A DNA stretch of 64,000 bases from Proteromonas lacertae (taxonomy: Eukaryota): positions 1 to 64,000 of the forward strand of contig NGBS01000905.1 of NCBI GenBank assembly GCA_002245135.1. Reading direction: 5' to 3'. Shown piece after piece: positions 22,759-37,816 of this stretch (positions within the stretch are counted from its first letter, which is position 1; every line of letters begins with the position of its first letter). The position numbers and the translations under genes were made by a program. The notes beneath the pieces are model-generated. The model did no database searches. It saw nothing but the letters and a program-made list of their open reading frames with translations, and was not told the DNA's origin.

Positions 22759-25700
22759 TTAATAATAATAAGGAATATAATATGTATCTTGTGTTAATCT
22801 TTTGTGATTAATTTCTTCAACAAGTAAATTATCATTCCATATATGTTGCAAATACTCATATCTTAAAGGATCTAATGTCATTTCCGTTGAGGCATAATAA
22901 GGAAAGACTTCTCCATAATCATCTTGATATGGACACATTAAATCAATAGTAATCTCTTTCCACATTAATAAGATCTATTTTATATTAAATAATATCAGTA
23001 TATACTGTATTTCTATGAAACATATAAATTAATCCAAATTGATTGTGATTCTTCATCATATGATCTGTTGCTTCTCCATACGAATCGACTTTACAGCACT
23101 GTTCGCCTGGGCAGAGAAGTTCTCCACATATTAAACAAATACCTTCTCTCTGATGCTTTTTACAATTCTTACATTTCTATAATTAAAAGAAATAATAATG
23201 AATTATATAAACATACTTCATTTACATATTTCAAATATAAATCATTCAATCTCTTAGGTAATGCAATAAGTTCTCTTTTCATTGGAATTTGTTTCTCCTC
23301 AAATGTAAAATCAACTTCAGGATTAATTGAATCTACGATGAATTTAATATTACTTGGACTTGATGGAATTAATATTGTGTCTAGATAGAAGAAATGGAAT
23401 AAATATCTTAATGTTAATTGAGATGGTTGGAATATATTACTTGTATTTACTATACATTCCCAAAGTAAACAACATAATTGACTTATCTGATAGAATTCAT
23501 TATATAACAAATTGTAGATTTGAGTTGCTTTGAAACACTTATTATTGGCATTTATTATTAAAATATCATTATCTTTTAACCAATTATAGAATTCTAATAC
23601 ACAATCAACACATTGAATATCATCTTCTAATAACAATTCCTTTTCTTCAATCACTTTATCACTTTCCAATAAATACTTCAAATATTCGATTTGATATTGA
23701 ATTAACAATGAGAAATAAACTGTTCCATCTGTAGTTGACCATAAATTCGCTATTAATCGATGTAAAGAATCATCTGATTCAGAACACTTTCTTTTCCACA
23801 TTCTCTACAATAAAATATATATAAAAATATATAATTATACTTGACATGATATAAAAATACTTTGAATTGGTTGAAATGGTTTAATTGTCCTATTTGAATA
23901 TAATCTATGGAAGAAATTTAATATAACAATATCGATTGCATTTTCATTTTTTTCAAAGAACAATTTCGCAAATTCATTCACAGATAAACTTGGAAATGGA
24001 TATTTATAATTATGAATATGATTGTGTTTCAAATTAATAGGAGTTGTAAAGATTGTCATTAAATCTGGTTTTTCTACTTTACCATATTCTACAGATGAAA
24101 CAACCATATTGTAGAACATTTTACATAAGACACTATTTCAATATAAATAAATAAATATATATATATATATATACCAAGTATCAATACTTCTTCTATCTTC
24201 TTCACAAACATTAAATGGTGATGAAAAATCTCTATTGCTCAAATACACTGAATTCTGTGTAGAACTAAAGTAACAATTCTTATGAATATAATGACCACAG
24301 AATGTATAAATTGGAACATTATCATAGTTATTAGTAAATAATGGTGGATTTTGTTGTAATACATAATAAATGAAAGGATTGTCTTTCTTCTCTTCTTCTT
24401 TGCAAATAAAACATGAATTAAGTTCAGATGATAAAGAACCAGAATCTGTTCTTGACGATGGAGTTGAAGGAGATAAATTATATTCTGATGGTAATGTAGA
24501 TGTAAATGCAGCTTGTTTTCTTTTCATTAAAGCCATCTTCTTTGCTATTAAATCTTTGTTTGATTTCTTTACATTCATTTTTTCATTTAAATGTTCTTTT
24601 ATTGTTGTGTTTAATACTTCATCTTTTTTACTCAAATTCTCTAATAAATATTTCAATAACTCATTCTTTTCATTCTTGTTATATTCATTACATAACATTT
24701 CAATTAGAGGAATATATTTGGGTTTTATTGTTGAGATTAATTCATTTGGATAGAATTGTAAACTTCGAATCATCATCCACAATAAATACTCATTCAATAT
24801 TATTGAATTTCCATCATTATACTTTTCCAATAACTTGAATAAAAAGATAAAATAAAATGGAGATTTGTAAATATCTTGTAATAACATAAACAGTTTGTTA
24901 TATTCTGTATTAACAAATGGAGTGAATTTTATCTTTTCAAAATCAATGTCTGGATTAATATATGAATATATTGAGAATATATCATAATCATAAACAACAT
25001 TTGGATTTAAAGTGAAATAAGAAGATTCAAACAATTGACGAGGTGTTAAAATACATTTCAATTCTTTGATTATTTCATCACATATTCTATGTACTTCTTT
25101 TATACTTTCAATAGAGAAATATTTTTGGAGTTTTACAACTATTTCTCCAAACGAGTAACTACTACTGTAAAGTAAAGAGATAACATATTCTTTCATATTC
25201 AATTTTTCACTTTTCTTTTCATATGGATAATTATTGAAACATGTTAATATGAATCGAATAAAATTGGCATTATAATTACATGTTACTCTTTCATCTTTCA
25301 TTCCAAATCTTTCTATCAAATACTGCATTGGATTAGCAATATTCAATAATAATAATTGAATATAATAAAGCAAATAGGTGGGTACATCAGAATGTTGAAA
25401 TATATATTTCATTTGATATTTGAATATATTTCCATTTCTTATCCACATATCACTTTGATATTGTGTTTTTACAATCTAATTAATATAATAATAATAAGAA
25501 GAAATATAAATAAATAAATACAAATAATCGTAATGGACCTTCCATCATTATTTTACATTCATTTTCATCTTTTGGTATTATTTCTTCTAACTGTAATATG
25601 TTATTATTCAAACAATAAACAGCAATTATACTGTAAAGATATTCCAACACCCATAACAAATTAATATCATCTTTAAATGGATCAAATGTAGAAATATATT

Positions 25701-27426
25701 GTTCTGTTTCTTCCTTGATATCATAAAACTTTTCATTTGAGTCTAATATATATTTCTTTGTAATGTGTAAAACTGTGAGTAAATGTGTTTTATCATTTGT
25801 ATTTAAGAAGAAGTTTCCTATTTAAAAATTAAAAATTATTATATATAATACTGCAATTACTAACAATTGAATATAAAAAAACAAGAATATAATCTGGTGA
25901 AAGAATATCCAACTTTATCATATCCACAGGAATATGTGAATTAATATATCTCTTTACATACAAATGTCCTACAAAATTGACAAAACTATATAATATTTGA
26001 ACAATATAATCAGCATAACCATTAGTATAGAAGATTGTACAATCTCTCTTAACACGTAACAACAATCTCAAATCACTATTATCAATAATATATAAAAAAT
26101 AAAAAATAAAAAAATATATATACGTTAAATATGTATCTAATGTGGCAGCAACTATATTTCTTACAACGCCATCATAATAATTACCAGATAAATGATTTTT
26201 CTATAATTAAAATAATATATAAATATATTATACAAAAAAAACATTTACCAAAATACTGACAAGATTCACTTCTTTCAATATTTCTACTGTTATATCTGTA
26301 TTGTTAAACACTTGAATAAATAATCTATTAAAATTATCATATACTGACATTCCTTCCCAATATCTTGTATTTACATCTTCATAGTTATATATTATCATTT
26401 TTCCTAATTCTATTCTAAACTTTTCATTGTTTATTAAACCTATTAATTTTATTAATTTCTTCATTTCAGGTTGTAACAGACGTTGATGATTATCAAACAA
26501 TAACTGCAATATTGATGTTGATTCATCAAGCTATAGTTTGATCAAAATAGAATATTAATATATATACAAATGAATCTCCAATAATTGAAGCAAATTCTTC
26601 ATTCAATTCTGCTATTTGTATTAACCAATCAACTACTTTAATGAATAAATGATATTTTCTAATATCATCATTTGACATTAACAAATAGTGTAATTTCAAC
26701 GATTTTGCTGTTTCAGTAAAGACTTCTAAAATTGCTGAAGTGACATTCTACATATTAAAAATAATTGAGAAAAATAAAACATTTAATACGGGAAACTGTG
26801 CATATCCAACATCATCAACTAATTTTGTCAATTCGAATATTTTTTCATCATCATAAATGGGAAATGATAATTTAATTAATGTTTCAACTTCTTCGTATGT
26901 ATTTGTATCATTGTTTAATAAGTACAACATTTTCATTTCGGAGGTATAATCATCACAATCATAGCAATTCTTGTAATTAGTAAAAAATAATATCAAGAAA
27001 GAGTTAATCTCTTTACATAGTGATTTTAGGTTGTACTTTATTTCTTCAGGTATTTCTATATTTACCTTCACTCTATGCTTTTTACAAAACATTTCACTTC
27101 TGATTACATCTGCATCACCACAATCACACTTTCCCCCACTCGATAAACGATAATTATATATGTGACCACGATGTTCTTCTTCAAAGAAACAATCGTTACA
27201 ATATATGCAGGTTCTATCTTTCTATATGCAAATATACATAAACGATTTTATATACACAACAATTCTGACAATAAACTATTACATCACCTTTCTGTAGATT
27301 CTTTCCACATGTAACTCTTTCAGCGTAATTATTAATGTTATCTACCTCTTTTACAAAAACTTTTTTGTTAAATTGATCTCTGATTGACTCAGGATCAGCT
27401 TCTAAAATTGAAGATAATTCTGACAT
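22759..27426 (-). CDS. UBR-box / RING N-recognin E3 ubiquitin ligase (UBR1/PRT6-like), copy A, multi-exon
   Basis: UBR box CGK..VYCQNC..CNDCF..EHRGH..GKCDCGD; MWIRNG; RING CFIC..CGHYIHKNC; C-terminal PYQDDYGE. Confidence 0.85.
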
Positions 27427-27479
27427 TTAGTTTGACATTAGTCGTGTAAATTACTTTATTCTAATTTTGCTTTTTTGAG

Positions 27480-28030
27480 ATGTCTGAAAGAGAAATAGTA
27501 TTTAAAATAACATTATTGAGTATAGAATAATAAAATTAGTGAAATGGAATCTGCACTAGATGATTCTAATCAAAATAGCTTAATTTCTTTATACAGTAAT
27601 ATTAATAGAGTGAAAGACATACAGAAAAAAATAGAATCACAATTTAGTATATTATAGAGTGATTAGTTACTAGATTTTGGAAGTGGTGAAGATATTCCAT
27701 ATAAATCTACTGAAATAATGGCAAAATTTGAGATGTATAAGAAGTTTTTACATGAATTAAAGGAAATCAAAACATTAGATGGATATGTTGATGTAGATTA
27801 TATAGGAAGTATATATGATATAAAGATAATATTATCCTTCTATAATCATAGATATAGCAGAATTGAATGAAAAAATGGTTAAAATAGAAGAACAGGAAGT
27901 ATCAGCTTCAAAAGAAATACAACTCTATCATAAAGCTGTTATTGATTTAGTTACTTATTATCACAGCTGTATTACGTTGCTGAATCACCAGCTTGCATAT
28001 TTAAATGCAGTTGTTGAGCAATTAAATTAA
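27480..28030 (+). CDS. Small coiled-coil protein resembling dynactin p22/p24 subunit (4 exons)
   Basis: Manual splice: ...KSTEIMAKFEMYKKFLHELKEIKTLDGYVD...KAVIDLVTYYHSCITLLNHQLAYLNAVVEQLN*; hydrophobic spacing recalls the DCTN3 C-terminus. Not in the ORF track. Confidence 0.45.
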
Positions 28031-28578
28031 TATGTCTATTTCTTAATAATTGTTTTGTGAAATAGATTTTTTATAATGGGTAAATTATAGAGAAATAAAA
28101 TATAGAACAAAATTCTATCTATTTCTTTCCAAAATAGTAATTATCATATTATGCCATTATTTTGTTATTTTCAATTAAAGCTTAGATATAAAACAATTGA
28201 ATATAAATCTATAGATTAATTATGTAACTTATATTTTACAAACGAATATTGTTGTATATATCGAATTTTTGTGTAATACATAGTGTAATATCTCACTTAT
28301 AAAGTAAATCTAAAAATCATTAAAATTGAAAAGTTGATAGAAATTACTGAATTGAAACTATAACATGATATCAATAGTTATACAAAATATTAGCTTATCA
28401 ATCAAATTCAAAAAACAAAAAATAACAAGAAACAGGTGTTAATATCCAATTTTCTATACTATTCGCAAAATAGATTAGAATTCTTATCGTGTGTGTGTGC
28501 TATAATTTAGATAATTGCAAAATCTATTTAAATGAATAAATACTCTTCAATAGAAGAAATATATAGTTATATATTATA

Positions 28579-30106
28579 TTAAATGTTAGAAACTAAACTA
28601 TTAGAATTATATTCATTTACAATATCTTCATTTCCAAGTTTTATTAACAATCTTTCTAATTCTTTTCTATTTTCTTTTTCATTTTCTATAGAAACATATT
28701 CGTAAACAGAACCAATTATCTAATAGTCATCATAAATAATAATAATACATTTATAATAAGATGCATAAATGTAAAAGCTATAGTAACTGCTACTAATATA
28801 TTGGGAATAGCATCATTTATTGAACCTAAATAGTCATCAATACAATTACATCCATTTTCTTTTAGGAAATTACACTATATTATAAATATAACATATTATA
28901 CTTTATTAGATTCATCATGGTTTATACAACATTTTTCATATGTCTCAGAATAATTGGATATATTACAAAGAAGACTGTATACAAAAATGTATAAGTTTAT
29001 TGCAAAGATAATAGAAGGAATTATATATATGAATGCATCATAACCTTTTTTCTTCTTTTCTTTAAATTTGCACAATAATCTTTTAAAATTGATTGAATAA
29101 ATCAATACAATGATTGAAAAGACTAGTTTAATGATATAAAAATCCCTTGAAAATAAATTAAAACCAATTTTGCTAGTATGAACTAATTCATATATACACT
29201 CTCCTACATATAAGGCTGATAAAATCTAAAATGTCATATATATATATATATATACACTCAATATTCCACAAAAACAATTAAGCTTTAGATAATAATCTGA
29301 TAATTCTTTACAAATGAGAGTGGTGCCAACAAATATATTTGGATTTTTCCTTAACCTTTCTTTAATATAGTCTTTTCCATTTTTTTCAATTAATTCTTTT
29401 AAACTACCTAATTTATCATTTTCAAATACATCATATGTTATCTTACCTTCATTTTCTAACATTTTTCTGGTAAAATGAATATAAACCATCTATTGATATA
29501 TATAATTACAATTATATACAGTCATAAATGAACAAAAACAAAAAAATACTATCACTATGGCATAGCAATTAAAAGTAACCTCGTTATACTGATATTTAGT
29601 TATATTCAATGACTCACATCCATATTTCTCCATAAAATTACATTTATTAGAATATGTGTTATTATTACAACAAATACTTATAGTATTATTTACATTCTCA
29701 TCTGTTATTGATTTTATCGATATAATATTATACGCACCTACAGCAGCTGCTACAACTGCTGGTACTATCAAAGAAGCAGAGTAGTGTTTTATAGAAAATT
29801 GACAAGAAGAAAAATATTCACCATTATAAACAATGATTATGATATATATAAGCAAATACACCACGAATATTATAGGACCTACTCCTAACCCTTTTGGAAT
29901 TACGTCAAAACCTATTTGTAATATTAAAATTTAGTATAAATACCCATAGAAGATGATTTGTTAAATAATATTATTCCATATGCTAACAACAGCAAACAAA
30001 ATAACTAAATGTTAAAAGTTCATAAATCATACTGTATTAATAATAATTAAAATATATTGTCCAATATTTCTTGATAATGAATGTAATTAATAATTATTTC
30101 ATCCAT
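28579..30106 (-). CDS. Multi-exon, multi-pass membrane protein, possibly tandem tetraspanin-like
   Basis: YILIIINTLFCLLLLAYGIILF first helix; two sets of TM helices with CC-containing loops (ICCNNN, KCCINH); short GT-AG introns. Start uncertain. Confidence 0.45.
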
Positions 30107-30387
30107 ATCAATAGATAAAAATGAAAAACAAAAATTTGTTTTTAAATAAATAGGGGATTAAGTGTTTTATAGCCTCGAATAGAATTATTATTTTTTAAGT
30201 GATTCAGGTAGGTCTGAGTATGGAAAGCACTAAGACAGTCGAAGAACTGTCGAAGAACATAATATATACACACAAACAATATCAAAATATGTAAGACAAA
30301 TATAAACCATACGAGTAATAAATAATAAATAAGGTTATATTTACATATACAACCGAATACTATTGTTTTTTTTTTAAATTAATCACC

Positions 30388-31993
30388 TTATATAAGATTT
30401 TGAGAATTACCATTGTTATTGTTGTTGTTATTACTACGATAACTTATTCTAGATGATGTAGACCTTCTATTCCTTCTGTTAAACTCAAAATAACTTTCAG
30501 CACTTCCAGATGAGATTTTTCGATTCTGATTTTCTTTGTATTTCCTACACTTTACGATATGTTTACATAAAATTTTATAACGATAATCCTCAAACGAATG
30601 GCAGACAGGACAAATAAATACCATTTGAAACTTATTGTTACATATATTTAACATTTGTTCTATATGTTTTAGAGTTATTGTCTGTTGTACCATTCTTCTT
30701 TCAATTATTCGTTTTTCAGATTCGTTAAATATTTTACGGAATTTTATACATGTTGGAACTTTACAACTCATTTTTGGTTTAACTATATTATATAATGTAA
30801 ATAATATTATAATAATATATACATTGTCTATACCAATATATAAACTGTTCAAAATCAACTACATTTGAATCACTAGGATCAATCGACTTCTTCAATTCAC
30901 TATACTCTTTCTTCGATAAATAAACATGAAATACTTCAAATATATTTTCAATAAACTCATTATAACTCATAGAATAATTCTGATTAGTTGTTAATAAATT
31001 ATATAACCTCTTTATTGTATAAAAACACTTTGAATAATTGTCTTCTTTACAATCATTTAGTTCTTTTACTGTTTCTTCTATATCAATCCAAAATTTATTT
31101 GTCATTTCTTCATATTCTTCTTTATTATTTAGTATTCTTTTTATTTCATTTTGGGCATCATTTAATGCTTGTGTTTTTAATATTTGTTTTTCTTTTTGTG
31201 CATTTGTTACTTCATTTTTCATTCTTAATATCACTAAAGACATTCTTATAAAGGACTGAACAGTTAACACACAATCTAAATACAATGGAGTACAATCATC
31301 TACAAACTATATATATATAAAGATAAAATAGATAAGATATATATAGAAATACAGCTTGAGATAATCGCATTGGAGGTGGTATTCGTTGTAATGGTGTAAA
31401 TGTGTTTATTGGAGTATTATTACAGGAAGGAGTGTTGGGAGTGATATCTAAGGAATCTAACAGCGATACTGATCCAAATATATGAGAACTTATTCTTTTA
31501 GACGGCCTTGACTGTCTAGACCCTGAAGCACCTATTAATCTTGCTCTTGTCAATGGATTTGAGATCATTTCTTCTCTTAATGACGGTGTATTCATAACTT
31601 CTTCTAATTCGAAATCTTCGGATATAGGATTAATTACAACTGCTGTTAGAGCTGTTGTTAAGTTTTCTGGAAGAGAATAACGATTTGGTGTAGATTGAAG
31701 TATTGCTTGTCTGTTCTTTGGATACATTATACTTTTTGTTGGGGAATTTCTACAACACCTCCTTCCAAATGCATATCCACTGTGAGGAGCCAGTTCATCT
31801 GCCATTGGCACTACTCTCGCTCTCATACACGGTTTAAATTTCTGACTAGTCTCGCAGCGATAAGACTATTATGATTATAAGTGAAACAAAAAAGAGATAG
31901 TTTAGATATATACCCTTAAAGGAAATTGTGTAAGTACCTCCTCTAATAAAATAAAAAAATAATGTGTATACTAGTCGCAGAGTGACAATTCAT
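30388..31993 (-). CDS. IQ-motif / EF-hand / zinc-finger-like protein (one multi-exon gene)
   Basis: VQSFIRMSL (IQ), IDPSDSNVVDFEQF (EF-hand), CPVC..KHIVKC. Removing an intron at ~30783-30822 joins ORFs 30788..31285 and 30388..30858 in frame. Confidence 0.6.
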
Positions 31994-32075
31994 AACTTTA
32001 TATTTATCAACTTCTTTCAACAATAATTAAAAAACTCGAACTTTTTAGTACAAGATTTGAGCGATAAAACGGCAT

Positions 32076-33367
32076 ATGTTTTTATTTTGTATCTGGTGTG
32101 TCCTACAGGTTGTTTCATGTATTAGTGATAATTTTTCTTTTGATTATAATGATGTAAATAATCCACAGTTGATATTTATTGGCTGTACAGGGAATTTAGC
32201 TAAAAAGTATATCTGGAGTAGTCTTTCTGTTTTGCACTATGTATACATACACCTATGTGATTTTTTAAAATAGAATTTCAAATCTATTGTTTGTGGTTCA
32301 AGAGAAAGCGAAGATATTATAGAAAAGAACCTTAAAAACATAACATCTAATCTTCTTAACTTTGACAATCACATCTATAAAATAGTTAAACCAATTAAAT
32401 TGAAAGAAATAAGTGATGTATAATAAATAGAATTATATTCTATAATAGTATGATAAATTATCAACAATATTAGATGTAAAATATCCTATTATCGTATATT
32501 TTTGTGTTCCACCTCAAGCATACTCTGATCTGACAAAGAATCTGTTGTTTTTGTTTAAGAAAATTGAAGTTAAGAAATACATTTTGTTCTTATACGAAAA
32601 GCCACTTTCTATTACATATAATGATGCATTTAAATTAAAAGAATTACTATCATCATCTGCGACTGTAACTTCATATTCATTTGATCATTATTTATACAAA
32701 ATGAATTATGATTTAAAATCCATTAATAATTTCCCTATAAAAAGTATCAATGAAATTGAGAGTATTTCAATGATAATATATGAAGAATTGACTGTAGAAA
32801 ATAGATTATCATTTTATAATTCCGTTGGAGTTATTGGTGACGTCATGCAGAATCATATGACTGAAGTAATAATTGAAATAATAAGTAAATACACTCAAAT
32901 AAAAAGAAAAGATGTTATAGAAAAAATATATGATTTGAAATGTTATAATTTTGGTAAATATGAAAGTGATAAAGATAAATTGACAGTTCCTACATTTGCA
33001 GAATGTGATTTTAGTATAAATTTAGAGAATAGAATAATTCCAATTCATTTTACTTCAGGAAAAGGATTGAATATTACTGAATCAAGTGTTAAGATAAACA
33101 ATCAATTTGCAATCTATTTATCAGGTAAAAGTACTGGTAAATGGTGTAAAGAGGGAATATGTTATTATTATAACAATAAAGGTGGTAGTAATTATGAAGG
33201 TAACAATTCATATGTTAAATTGTTTTCTTCAATTCTTAGATTGGATTATGGCTGGATTAGTTGAGTTAGATGAATCAATGATTTTATGGAAAATGTGGGA
33301 TAAATATAATGTTAATAATATAAATAATTATGGATATAAGATATATAATTCCTCCAATTGGTTATAA
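32076..33367 (+). CDS. Glucose-6-phosphate dehydrogenase-family protein with signal peptide (H6PD-like, no lactonase domain)
   Basis: IGCTGNLAKKYIW, YEKP, FDHYLYK, FYNSVGVIGDVMQNHMTE; two introns and a frameshift near 33250. Confidence 0.8.
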
Positions 33368-33465
33368 ATTAATTTAATTGATATTGTTATGTTTCATTGT
33401 TTGTAATATATATCTTAGTTAGAATGGAATATAAAATAACCATTGAAATGTTGAGGCAATTTCAT

Positions 33466-33698
33466 CATTTACTTCAATAGGAGAGTATTCTACTGGAATT
33501 TGATATTTCATATACTAATATTATTTCGTTGTAGAAATTTTATTAGCAATTATCACTATTTTATCAGCAATTTGTACTTTATAACAACTTACATAAATAT
33601 CATTACACAAATAAATACAGAACATTAATAAGCTTAAATAATACTTCATTATCGATTATTTCATTTTCAAAATATTTCTGGTTCGAAAAAGTTGCACC
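33466..33698 (-). pseudogene. Deleted relic of the 5' end and promoter of the GT77 gene at 36383-37717
   Basis: Three collinear blocks match ~37454-37490, ~37552-37585 and ~37628-37767 with internal deletions. Confidence 0.8.
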
Positions 33699-33742
33699 TT
33701 TAGTTTTTTTTTGAATCTTTTATAAACGGTTTAGTAGTTAGA

Positions 33743-36210
33743 ATGACACACTCTAATTATATCTTATTCATGTTATTAATAATGGTTGGATTAGTATTTG
33801 GTGGTATAAATTATATATTTTCTATCTTATTTTAGATAGGTTATATGATATCGAAATAGTTCCAGCAATGACAATATATGAACAAAAAGAAAGAATAACA
33901 GCTTATGGATCAGTATCATTTAAAGACTGGAGTAATTGTGAAATTGAGTCGTTGAAATACAAATTATATTGTAATTTTGGAAGTATTGATGAGATTAATG
34001 GAACAGTGATAAAAGCTGAAAGGAATGAATATAAACTGTATGAAAACGATGATTCCATTGATCGAGACAAAAGAAATGTCAAAATTATATTTAATCTGTC
34101 AAATTCGAGATGAAAAAGAAATGATTCTAGCTAATTCGAATGTAAAATCTCGAATGAATCTCACCATATATGCTATTTGATGAAGTTTATATGTCAATTA
34201 TGATATTGACATGATAATATAACAACTGCATCAGGAGATATTCATTATATTTGGAGTGATTGTGAACATTCAAGTGTAGTAGTTCATTTGAAATGTGACT
34301 TCTTTGATGAAATTCCAACAATTGATAGTGTATATACAATGAATATTGATATTAATTGTGAAGGAACTCCAATCAATTACAGAATTAATGACACAAAACC
34401 CTATTTTGGATGTATTTTAATTGATGAAAATACAAGATACAATTACAATTACAGTGAATTACCAAGATTTGAGATTACTGATAAAACTAATAGAACATTT
34501 GACATTTTTCAAAACAAAAGAGGATATTTAAATAGTGGTAATTTGAAATACAATCAATGGAAAGAATGTAAATCAAAATCATCATTTTATAAGTTGTATT
34601 GTGCATATACCTTTTTTAATTGGGTAGTAATTAAACCATCAGAATTGATTGATATTAATTGTGATGGAAATGATTTAGATGTGATAGGAGGTGATGATGA
34701 TATATTTTTTATTTGTATAATTGTTCATGCTAATGCTACAAATAAAAATGTTTATGGTTATATAAAGACATATGATAGATTTTCCCACTATAATATTAAA
34801 ATCTTTACTCAGACAACAATCTGTAATTGGAAATCAGAGTATAATTTATCAGTTACAGGAAAAGATATTGTTAGCTGTGTTGATATAGAGAATGATTTGT
34901 ATTATATTTGTCAATCAAATAAAATTCCTCAGATTCAATGGGATTGTATGATTTACAGAATAGTAAAAAATTTGATTGTGAAGATATAACACTTAATGAA
35001 GTAATTACAAATGGTGATAGATTTTATGGATGTTTAGTATATAACAAACAACTAAATACTCAAGTAGAAATATTTTCCTTAGAAGCACCTACTTTCGATA
35101 TGAGTGAAATTATTTTTACATTAGATTTAGATAAGAATAAAATAGTAGCTAAAGGTTATATTACATACATATGGAGTGGTTGTGTAAATTCAAATAAAAA
35201 GGTATTCTTTGAATGTAAAATGTTTGATCACAAACCAACGTATGATGAATTTGGTATGATAGGTGATACTGCATTGAATTGTAGTGGAGTTAGTGTAAAT
35301 ATGGAAAGTGATAATTTGAATATGAAATATTTAGGTTGTGAAATTTATAATACTGAAGATTATACTGCTTCTTCAATTAAATACATTGATTTACCAAGTA
35401 TATATGATATATTCTATTTTTTGTAGGAATGAGCATGAAAACAGTTGTATTCATCAAAGTGATAGATCAAATAAATTTGTGGTTGAAGGTAGTGTAGTGC
35501 CAGAATGGGATTCTTGTTCAGTTTATGAATCTAAAACTCAATTGTTTTGTAGTTTAACTCCAGAATATCCTAATATAAAAGATATAGAATCAACAAATGC
35601 AATAGAATTCAAATGTGATGGAGTTGATATATCATCATTAGAATATTCAATAGAAGATGGTCATAATTACTTCAGTTGTATAAGTAAGAATAAAGAAACC
35701 AATGAAATTTATGGATATTCGATAAAAGAACATATTGAATTAGACATGAGTAGTTTGAATGTAGAAATACTAACAGATGGTACAAGAATGATTGTTGGTA
35801 GAGTTAATTATGTATTTGATACTTGTGAAAATAATAATTACTATAAACAATTGTGTATGTTTTCAGATACAATTGATGGAAATGAATTTGATTATAGTTT
35901 AGGTAGTGATGTATATTGCAATGGATTTGAAGTTTATGATACTTTTCCTGAGTCTGATTATGATTATTTCATTTGTGTAGTTTATAATCAATATAATCCA
36001 AACTCTGATTATTCATTAAGTTATGTGAGTAATGATAAACCTACAATAAAACCAACAACACCATCTCCAACAGATGGAACAAAAGATTCTTCTAATACAG
36101 TGTATATAATAGTTGGATGTTGTGTGGGAGTATTGATAATAATAATAATAGCGGTAATTTGTTGCCTTTATTACAAGCGTAGGAGTATTAAAAGTAGAAG
36201 TAAGATGTAA
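33743..36210 (+). CDS. Cys-rich repeat type I membrane protein, paralog A (several indels at 34020-34220)
   Basis: Signal exon at 33743; ~95-aa repeats G.V.Y.W..C...L.C.F...INC.G...YF.C.I; C-terminal TM VYIIVGCCVGVLIIIIIAVICCLYY. Confidence 0.75.
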
Positions 36211-36382
36211 TTGTTTTAAACATATTTAATAGATTATTTTTAATTCTTTTATATCTTTATTACCATTTCATTTAAATAGACAATAATTTCTTTATTAATT
36301 CTTTTTTATTATATTCATTATAATAACAAAAATATAAATTAACAAAATAAATAATCATTTTAATACTATCTACTATATATAT

Positions 36383-37717
36383 TTATTTCAAAGTATATTT
36401 CTTTTGCCAACCATTATCAGGATATAAGTATTGATTATACTCTTCTATTATGTCATTAGATAGCTTTGAAACACATGTAATTGATAATACAGAATAAGAA
36501 TTGTAGGATTTCAATTCATTTATATTATCATCACAAATTTCTTTTACATTTTCTTTAACTTCTTTTGGAACTAAATCACATAATAAAAATACTTTCATAG
36601 ATTAAGAAAACATTAATATTATTTGTATATTATATACAAAAATGATATATTTTCTCGATAATTTCTTCCATATGTCTTTTCAAAATAAGCTATATTCCAA
36701 AAATACATGAAATTGATGCTAATATGAGATTGAGAATTCATTGTATAATTAAATCTAGGAAAGATGATTGTTCGATTTAATTCTTTTCCCAAATACATTA
36801 AATATATCATTGCTTCTGTTACACCAATCTTTGGATGAATTATAGATGAATATTTTATATATTTTCTTGTTTTAGATGAATAATATTCATCATCATCAAT
36901 TTTCCATAATCCTAATTCTTTAAATCGATATATCTTTCCCTTTCCTCCCATTATGCAATTATTATGAAATCCTACTAACTTTATATTAGATTTATCATCT
37001 ACAAAACAATTTAATATATAGTTAGAAAATAAAAAACCATTAGCAAATACATTCATATCTAATACTCCATATTTTAAATCTCTTATCCTTTTTGATGATA
37101 ATATTAAATTGGTTATTCCTTGTTCAATAAAATCAAAATCACTTTGTGATATTTTCACGATTTCTAAGATTCTTTCAAATAGTTTTATTGATGGTAATGT
37201 TGGTCTTAAATAAATCAAACCTACATTCACATCCTTATATTTTCTATCTTTATCTTCATAATTCATTGAAAAAGTAATATCATCTTCTGGGTTTATATAA
37301 TTCAGTATATTTAAGGGATTTTCATAGAAATATAAATCTGCATCTAAGGATAATATGGTTATATTCTGTTTCAAATATTCTAACAGTATTTTAAATCTAT
37401 CATTTATCTTTTTTGTAAATCCTTGTGAGTATTGAAATGTTGAAGCAACTTCATCATTTAATTCAATAGGAGAGTATTCTACTGGAATTTTATATTTCTT
37501 ATAGATTTCATAAGAAGAGGGATTCCAAACTATCATACTAAAGTTTGGAACTTCATATACCAAAATTATTTCGTTGTAGAAATTTCTTACAAAATCTATT
37601 ACGTTTAAGTCTCCAATTATCACTATCTTATCAGCAATTGGATACTTTATAACAACTTACATAAATATCATTACACAAATAAATACATAACATTAATAAG
37701 CTTAAATAATACTTCAT
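36383..37717 (-). CDS. Nucleotide-diphospho-sugar transferase (GT77-like)
   Basis: LSLDADLYF (DxD), NVGLIYLRPT, EQ, FHNN, KIYRFKELGLW; signal anchor from ATG 37717 needs a 1-nt shift; one 3' intron. Confidence 0.8.
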
Positions 37718-37816
37718 TATCGATTATTTCATTTTCAAATTATTTCTGGTTCGAAAAAGTTGCACCATAATAATTGTAATTCCATTAATAATTTCTGTTC
37801 AGCTTAATTAATTACA

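Noticed and set aside
30388..30858. Separate zinc-finger gene overlapping its neighbour
   Set aside because: A short GT-AG intron joins it in frame to the upstream EF-hand exon.
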